A stretch of DNA of 63,713 nucleotides, filler included. It is 5 parts of 5 records of this genome, joined end to end, with 100 filler letters (N's around TTAATTAATTAA, not from the genome) between each part and the next. Parts side by side here need not be neighbours in the genome. Positions count along the whole stretch, not along the records: positions 57,739 to 63,713 come from SRR20825006_2521; 4 more parts are not named here. The stretch is one strand, 5' to 3'. The notes beneath the pieces are model-generated. The model worked only from the letters and a program-made list of their open reading frames with translations, was not told the origin of the DNA and did not search any database. This document shows positions 57,920 through 63,713 of this stretch, piece after piece. The position numbers were made by a program, and so were the translations under genes. Every line of letters starts with the position of its first letter. The stretch's first letter is position 1.

Positions 57920-59536
57920 ATGCCGAACGCAATGTCATTGGAAAGCGCACAGCCTTGGTGGAGGGGTGCGGTCATCTATCAGATTTATCCGCGGTCGTAC
58001 CAGGATACGAATGGGGATGGCGTTGGCGATCTGAAAGGCATAACGCAGAGGCTGGACCATGTGGCCTCACTCGGCGTGGACGGTGTCTGGATATCGCCTT
58101 TCTTTACATCCCCCATGAGGGACTTCGGATATGATGTGGCCGATTATTGCGATGTCGATCCGGCGTTTGGTACGCTGGAAGACTTTGACGCACTCTTGAG
58201 TCGCGCGCACGCACTCGGCCTGAAAATCATCATTGATCAGGTCTATGCACACTCATCCGACGCGCACGCCTGGTTCGCCGAGAGCAGAGAGGACCGAACC
58301 AATGCTCGAGCGGATTGGTATGTCTGGAGCGATCCAAAACCCGATGGAACACCACCGAATAACTGGCAAGCTGTGTTTGGCGGACCGTCCTGGACATGGG
58401 ATGCGCGTCGGCAGCAATATTACATGCACAATTTCCTGCCGAGCCAGCCGCAATTGAATTTGCACAATCCGGATGTCCAGGATGCGCTCGTCGATGTGAT
58501 GCGGTTCTGGCTGGATCGCGGCGTGGACGGTTTCCGACTCGATGCGCTCAATTTTTCCCTGTTCGATCCGGACTTGCGGGACAATCCGCCGAAAATTCCT
58601 GCACCCCGAAATGTTTCGCGTCCCTTTGACCTTCAGGAACATGTTCACAATCAATCGCATCCCGATTTGCCCAAATTTCTGAAACGCTTGCGAATGCTCA
58701 TGGACGAATATGGAGAGATATTCTCGGTCGCGGAAGTTCCCGGTCCAAGCCCGCTTGAAGAGATGCGTGCCTATACGGAGGGGGAACAGAATCTCAATTC
58801 CGCCTACAACTTCGATTTCCTCTATGCGAAGCGATTGGGAGCCGAAGCGATAGCCACATCCCAAAGCAACTGGCTTGGCGCGCCAGGAGAGGGCTGGCCA
58901 TCATGGGCCTTTTCAAATCATGATGCGCCGCGGTGTGTCAGCCGCTGGTTGGAGGGTGCCGATCCTGTTGTTCGGGCCAAATTGACCACAGCCTTGCTGT
59001 TTTGCCTGCGCGGAAATCCCATCCTTTATCAAGGCGAGGAGCTTGGCCTACCGCAGGCGGAGATTGCGTTTGAGGATTTGCAGGACCCTGAAGCAATCGC
59101 GAACTGGCCCCGCACGCTCGGCCGCGATGGCGCTCGCACGCCAATGCCCTGGGCCAGCGCCGATACATATTGTGGTTTCAGCGATGCCGAGCCGTGGCTG
59201 CCTCTGGGCCAGGGCCATGCGGATTTGGCGGTAGATATTCAGGAAGCCGATCCCCAATCCATGCTTCACTTCACACGCAGGCTCACACGCATGCGCGCCA
59301 GCTCGCCGGCGTTACAATATGGCGAAATCAAATTTATCGAGTCGTCCGGGGATTTGCTCGTGTTTCGTCGGCTATGGGAAGGCGAAACGATTGAGTGCGT
59401 CTTCAATATTGGCGGGACCGAAGTGGTGGCTGCGATGACAGACGTTTCATCTGATCAGGTTCTAATGTGCGTCGGAATCGATAGTCAAAACAAGACACGC
59501 GTCCCGCCATACTCGTGTCGGATTTCCCGCCACTAG
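57920..59536 (+). CDS. GH13 alpha-glucosidase
   Basis: WWRGAVIYQIYPRS, DFGYDVADY, DGFRLDA (nucleophile), VAEV, FSNHD, YQGEELG, GRDGARTPMPW. Confidence 0.93.
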   Translation: MPNAMSLESAQPWWRGAVIYQIYPRSYQDTNGDGVGDLKGITQRLDHVASLGVDGVWISPFFTSPMRDFGYDVADYCDVDPAFGTLEDFDALLSRAHALGLKIIIDQVYAHSSDAHAWFAESREDRTNARADWYVWSDPKPDGTPPNNWQAVFGGPSWTWDARRQQYYMHNFLPSQPQLNLHNPDVQDALVDVMRFWLDRGVDGFRLDALNFSLFDPDLRDNPPKIPAPRNVSRPFDLQEHVHNQSHPDLPKFLKRLRMLMDEYGEIFSVAEVPGPSPLEEMRAYTEGEQNLNSAYNFDFLYAKRLGAEAIATSQSNWLGAPGEGWPSWAFSNHDAPRCVSRWLEGADPVVRAKLTTALLFCLRGNPILYQGEELGLPQAEIAFEDLQDPEAIANWPRTLGRDGARTPMPWASADTYCGFSDAEPWLPLGQGHADLAVDIQEADPQSMLHFTRRLTRMRASSPALQYGEIKFIESSGDLLVFRRLWEGETIECVFNIGGTEVVAAMTDVSSDQVLMCVGIDSQNKTRVPPYSCRISRH

Positions 59537-60549
59537 GACAAGCCGCAGGATTCGCGGACGATAAGTTCGGTTGGCAGACGCTCGGATCGCATGCTGCCTG
59601 TGTCCACCGACGCAATCAGCTTGGCGACAAGGATCCGCCCGGCCCGCGCAGGATCCTGTGAGATCGTGCTCAGGGCAGGATAGCCATAGGCGGAGAGTTG
59701 AAGATCGTCATAACCAATCACCGAGACGTCATCGGGCACACGCACTCCCTCTCTGAGCAAGCTGCGAATGGTGGCCAGGGCAATCAGGTCATTTGCTCCG
59801 AAAACAGCATCAAACGTGACGCCGCGCTCCATCAGGCTGGAAATGGCAGCTTCGGCGGATTCTACGTCAAAACTTGACTGGAGCGTGAGGTCCGCATCGA
59901 GCGGAATGTCAGCCCGACGATGCGCAGAGATATAGCCTTCATAGCGCTGCAGAATCTCTGGATTGGACGTATCACCGACAAAAGCGATTCGCCGGCGGCC
60001 GAGATTCAGCAAGTGAGACGTCGCCCGTTTGCCGCCGCGCAAGTTATCCGAGCCGATAGAGCAGTATTTCTGGCCGGGGATTTCCGCGCCCCAAACTATG
60101 AAACGGCTTTCAGTTTCGGCCAGTTGGTTGAATCTTTCGTGCAAGAAGCTCTGGCCAAGAAATATGACGCCCTCAGCACGGTTCGCGGTCATGATGGAGG
60201 CGAGGTCGTCCTGGTTTTTCGGGGCCAGATAAGAGATCAGCACATCGCAGCCAGCCAAACGCCCAGCCTCACTGAGGCCGCTGATCAGTTCCTGAAAGAA
60301 CGGGTCAGAGACTTCCGTCTGGCGCCCAGCCAGTGTGGGCACGACGACTGCAATCGTCGCAGCAGCGCCGGACAAGAGCGCGGGCATGGATGGGCGGAAA
60401 TTATAGTTGTGCTCGCGGGCGATCTTCCAGACCCGACGCTTGGTTTCATCATTCACTGCGGAGCTGTTGTTAAGGGCGCGCGAAACAGTTGCGATCGAGA
60501 CACCCGCGATTGAGGCAAGATCCTCCAAACGCGTTCTAGTGCTGGACAT
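59533..60549 (-). CDS. LacI-family transcriptional regulator
   Basis: LEDLASIAGVSIATVSRALN HTH immediately after ATG 60549; VPDDVSVIGYDD; LIVRES. Confidence 0.93.
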   Translation of the reverse strand: MSSTRTRLEDLASIAGVSIATVSRALNNSSAVNDETKRRVWKIAREHNYNFRPSMPALLSGAAATIAVVVPTLAGRQTEVSDPFFQELISGLSEAGRLAGCDVLISYLAPKNQDDLASIMTANRAEGVIFLGQSFLHERFNQLAETESRFIVWGAEIPGQKYCSIGSDNLRGGKRATSHLLNLGRRRIAFVGDTSNPEILQRYEGYISAHRRADIPLDADLTLQSSFDVESAEAAISSLMERGVTFDAVFGANDLIALATIRSLLREGVRVPDDVSVIGYDDLQLSAYGYPALSTISQDPARAGRILVAKLIASVDTGSMRSERLPTELIVRESCGLS

Positions 60550-60578
60550 CTCGTGCTTCCTCCGCTTAAGAACACCAA

Positions 60579-60592
60579 AAACAACGTTGTCA
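60579..60592. promoter_or_regulatory. Candidate LacI-type operator
   Basis: CG-centred palindrome ACAACGTTGT (minus strand TGACAACGTTGTTT), 30 nt upstream of the LacI start. Confidence 0.5.
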
Positions 60593-60823
60593 CATGTTTG
60601 GTCTATTCGTCCAGACCGTTGATCAAAGAGTCTGCAAAATTTGCAGAGAAGCACTACCAGCCGGGGAGGCGAAGCTAAAGTGAAGAATGATGATACCAAA
60701 ATTTGCGTTTCACGGCCTTTGCGAGTCTGACGAATAAGCTGACAAACTAGAAAATACTCGGGATCGATCCGAATTCGGCCTGATTCCGCCAATGTTCACC
60801 TCGAGCGCTCTGGAGACTGCCTG

Positions 60824-62293
60824 ATGGCAAAATTTATCCCTGTCGATCCGTTCGACATCGTTATCTTCGGCGGGACAGGTGACCTCTCCCGGCGCAAGCT
60901 CTTGCCTGCCTTGTTTCACAGATGGCTGGATGGCCAGATTCCGGAATCCAGCCGTATTGTTGGCACTGCGCGCAGTGAGATGGACGCCAAAGAATATCGC
61001 AAGATGGCAAGAGAAGCCTGTGAGTCAGCGTCTGGCGACAACTGGGATACGAAGGAATGGTCCAAGTTCGAGAAGTTGATTGAGTATGTGTCCATTGATG
61101 CAACACAGGAAGATGCAGATTGGGCCACCCTCAAATCTTTCCTGACACTGGATGACAACCGTCCGTGCGTATTTTACCTCGCTACGTCGCCGCGCCTGTA
61201 TGTTCAAATATGTGAAGCACTGGGCAAGGCGGGCCTGTCAGAGGGCAACACTCGGGTTGTGCTGGAAAAGCCGATCGGGACCGATCTGGAATCTGCCAAG
61301 GCGATCAATGACGGTGTTGCTCAAGTCTACGCCGAACGCCAAGTTTTTCGGATAGACCATTATCTTGGCAAAGAGACGGTACAGAACCTCATGGTCCTGC
61401 GATTTGCCAATATGCTGTTCGAGCCAATTTGGTCTCGCAATTATGTGGACCATGTTCAGATCACGGTTGCCGAAGACCTGGGTCTTGAGGGACGTGCAGA
61501 TTATTATGATAAATCCGGTGCCCTGAGAGACATGGTGCAAAACCATATGCTCCAGCTGCTGTGCCTGACGGCAATGGAGCCGCCGAACCAACTCGACGAT
61601 GATGATGTTCGTACCGAGAAAATCAAGGTGCTCAACGCGTTGACACCGATCACGGGCGAAGCCGCCAAGAAGCAAACTGTTCGCGGGCAATACAAGGCTG
61701 GTGTGAAAGACAACAAGCCCGTTAAAGGCTATCTGGAAGAGTTGAGTTCTGAAACCGTCAGCTCGACTGAGACCTTTGTGGCGATCAAGGCCAATATCGA
61801 CAACTGGCGATGGGCGGGCGTCCCCTTCTATCTGCGGACTGGCAAGCGGATGTCGCAGCGTCACTCGGATATCATCATTCAGTTCAAACCAACACCCCAT
61901 TCCTTGTTCGGGGAGGGGTATGAGAGTGCGAACAAGCTGGTTATTCGTCTGCAACCGGATGAAGGTGTGCGCCTGTTCGTTCAAATCAAGGAGCCGGGCC
62001 CGGGCGGCCTCCGCGTTAAGTCTCTCCCCTTGAATCTCTCCTACGCCGAAAGCTTCACGGTTCGGTATCCGGACGCGTATGAGCGTCTGTTGATGGACGT
62101 TGTACGCGGAAACCTTTCTCTCTTCATGCGCAAGGATGAAGTTGAAGCGGCATGGACTTGGGTTGATGGGCTTATCGAAGCCTGGGAAAAATCAGGTGAT
62201 CGCCCCGAAGCCTACACAGCCGGTTCGGATGGCCCACTCGCTGCTGCCATGATGATGGACCGCGACAATCGAGCATGGTGGGAGGGATCATGA
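60824..62293 (+). CDS. zwf: Glucose-6-phosphate dehydrogenase
   Basis: GGTGDL, EKPIG, RIDHYLGKE, RDMVQNH, PFYLRTGKR. Confidence 0.98.
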   Translation: MAKFIPVDPFDIVIFGGTGDLSRRKLLPALFHRWLDGQIPESSRIVGTARSEMDAKEYRKMAREACESASGDNWDTKEWSKFEKLIEYVSIDATQEDADWATLKSFLTLDDNRPCVFYLATSPRLYVQICEALGKAGLSEGNTRVVLEKPIGTDLESAKAINDGVAQVYAERQVFRIDHYLGKETVQNLMVLRFANMLFEPIWSRNYVDHVQITVAEDLGLEGRADYYDKSGALRDMVQNHMLQLLCLTAMEPPNQLDDDDVRTEKIKVLNALTPITGEAAKKQTVRGQYKAGVKDNKPVKGYLEELSSETVSSTETFVAIKANIDNWRWAGVPFYLRTGKRMSQRHSDIIIQFKPTPHSLFGEGYESANKLVIRLQPDEGVRLFVQIKEPGPGGLRVKSLPLNLSYAESFTVRYPDAYERLLMDVVRGNLSLFMRKDEVEAAWTWVDGLIEAWEKSGDRPEAYTAGSDGPLAAAMMMDRDNRAWWEGS

Positions 62294-63003
62294 GCGGATT
62301 GGCGCATGAATTCATGATGTTTGACAGCCGAGATGAGGCAACGCGCTTTGCAACGCAATTCATAGCGGGCGGGCTGACGAAGGCGTTGGAGCTGAAAGGC
62401 ACCGCGTCGCTGATGGTGTCAGGTGGCTCAACGCCGGGGCCGATATTTGATGCCCTTGCCACGACCGATCTGGATTGGGCGCGGGTCATGGTTGGTCTCG
62501 TCGATGAACGTTGGGTCAACCCTGAAGACGACGCATCCAACGAACGCCTCGTACGCAGCCGACTGCTAAAGGCAAACGCCGGAGCTGCAGGCTTTCTGCC
62601 GATGAAAACAATGGACGCCATGCCGCAGGAAGCTGTGGCAGACAGAGACAGAGCGTATGCCCCTCACTGTGACCCCGCAGACGTGGTTTTTCTTGGTATG
62701 GGTGAGGATGGTCATACCGCCAGCTGGTTTCCGGGTTCGAAGGATCTGTCAGCCGCTCTGGAAAGTGAAAATGTGGTTGCAGCCGTTGATGCGACCGGGT
62801 GTCCGGTCGCCGGTGAAAATCCGCAGCGTATTACCCTTACAGGCAAGGGCGTAACGAGTGCGTCGTCCGTGATCCTGCTAATCTTCGGAGAAGCGAAAAA
62901 GGTAGTGTTCGACACGGCGATAATGTCGTCCGTGCAGGAAAAGCCTATTAAATATGCAATCGATAAATTGGGGCCGCGTTTGACGGTCGTATGGGCAGCA
63001 TAA
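62290..63003 (+). CDS. pgl: 6-phosphogluconolactonase
   Basis: [32 protein letters not shown] overlap with zwf. Confidence 0.95.
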   Translation: MSGLAHEFMMFDSRDEATRFATQFIAGGLTKALELKGTASLMVSGGSTPGPIFDALATTDLDWARVMVGLVDERWVNPEDDASNERLVRSRLLKANAGAAGFLPMKTMDAMPQEAVADRDRAYAPHCDPADVVFLGMGEDGHTASWFPGSKDLSAALESENVVAAVDATGCPVAGENPQRITLTGKGVTSASSVILLIFGEAKKVVFDTAIMSSVQEKPIKYAIDKLGPRLTVVWAA

Positions 63004-63713
63004 TGGTTGAGATGAATTCGACAATCGCAGAAGTGACCGCGCGTATTCGAGAGCGGTCACGTGACTCGCGCCAAGCATATCTCGAAATGATCCGTAGTCG
63101 CCGCCCCAAGGATTTCGCCCGACGGAGAATGTCTGAAAGCAGTTTGGCGCACGCCTCGGCGGGATGCGCGGTGATTGAGAAGACACAATTACTCGGCGCG
63201 GGTTGGCCGAACATTGGTGTCATCACAGCCTACAACGACATGCTTTCAGCACATGCGCCGTATCAGGACTACCCCGCTATTATTCGGGATGCCGCACGGG
63301 AGGTGAATGCCATTGCACAAGTCGCCGGAGGCGTCCCTGCAATGTGTGACGGCGTCACACAGGGCTTTACCGGTATGGAGCTGTCACTGTTTTCTCGCGA
63401 CGTGATTGCGATGGCATCGGCCATCGGCCTGAGTCACGACGTGTTTGATGGCGCAATGCATCTGGGTGTTTGTGACAAAATTGTCCCCGGTCTCGTGATC
63501 GCTGCGCTACGGTTTGGCTGGATCCCGTCTGTTTTCGTGCCAGCTGGGCCGATGCCGTCCGGTCTGCCCAATCCTGAAAAGCAACGCGTTCGCCAGTTAT
63601 TTGCGGAAGGCAAGGTTGGTCGTGACGCGCTATTGAAAGCGGAGTCGGAAAGCTATCACACGCAGGGTACTTGCACATTCTATGGCACAGCGAACTCGAA
63701 CCAGATGCTGATG
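63003..63713 (+). CDS. edd: Phosphogluconate dehydratase, runs off the window end, not in the ORF track
   Basis: [61 protein letters not shown] overlap with pgl. Confidence 0.96.
   Translation, partial: MVEMNSTIAEVTARIRERSRDSRQAYLEMIRSRRPKDFARRRMSESSLAHASAGCAVIEKTQLLGAGWPNIGVITAYNDMLSAHAPYQDYPAIIRDAAREVNAIAQVAGGVPAMCDGVTQGFTGMELSLFSRDVIAMASAIGLSHDVFDGAMHLGVCDKIVPGLVIAALRFGWIPSVFVPAGPMPSGLPNPEKQRVRQLFAEGKVGRDALLKAESESYHTQGTCTFYGTANSNQMLM

Noticed and set aside
60550-60792. 81-aa N-terminal extension of LacI in the ORF track
   Set aside because: The HTH begins right after ATG 60549, which has an upstream GGAGGAAG RBS; the extension covers the divergent promoter region
49227-63678. Numerous overlapping alternative-frame ORFs in the GC-rich contigs (e.g. 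52266-53192, 56605-57459, 61238-61984)
   Set aside because: Expected shadow ORFs of high-GC coding DNA overlapping well-supported genes
49183-63713. GC-rich block as a horizontally acquired island in a flavobacterial genome
   Set aside because: It begins at an artificial linker and carries core alphaproteobacterial genes; these are different contigs

Overview
The window is not one locus. It is five contigs joined by identical artificial 100-nt linkers (44 N + TTAATTAATTAA + 44 N) at 10423-10522, 35837-35936, 49183-49282 and 57639-57738. Contigs 1-3 (1-49182) are AT-rich Flavobacteriaceae-type DNA: they carry T9SS cargo genes, PorP/SprF and TAnnTTTG promoters. Contigs 4-5 are GC-rich Alphaproteobacteria-type DNA. 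Contig 1 holds an uncharacterised envelope module (FadL-like barrel + DUF4270-type lipoprotein, divergent from Kelch lipoprotein + DUF4907-type protein + LytS/LytTR pair), followed by two decayed gene remnants. Contig 2 has a TPR-histidine-kinase/NarL pair next to two divergent T9SS cargo genes with mirror-image promoters, then mostly housekeeping genes (radA, xth, glyQS, katG) and a giant uncharacterised outer-membrane protein. Contig 3 is mostly housekeeping and ends with a His-rich, PPP-ending small ORF upstream of a TonB-dependent receptor. Contig 4 has a GH38 3' end, a PHP hydrolase, a Fe3+ ABC transporter with stacked FNR/Irr/RirA-like boxes, and phnCDEE. Contig 5 has a partial tRNA-Trp, an alpha-glucosidase, a LacI regulator and zwf-pgl-edd. 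The best candidates for new biology are a regulated BamG/BamH-like paralogue module (2614-8582), a His-based metal-sensing stalling uORF (46282-49131) and the mirrored T9SS regulon (11603-18474). All family assignments are by motif recognition; no searches were run.
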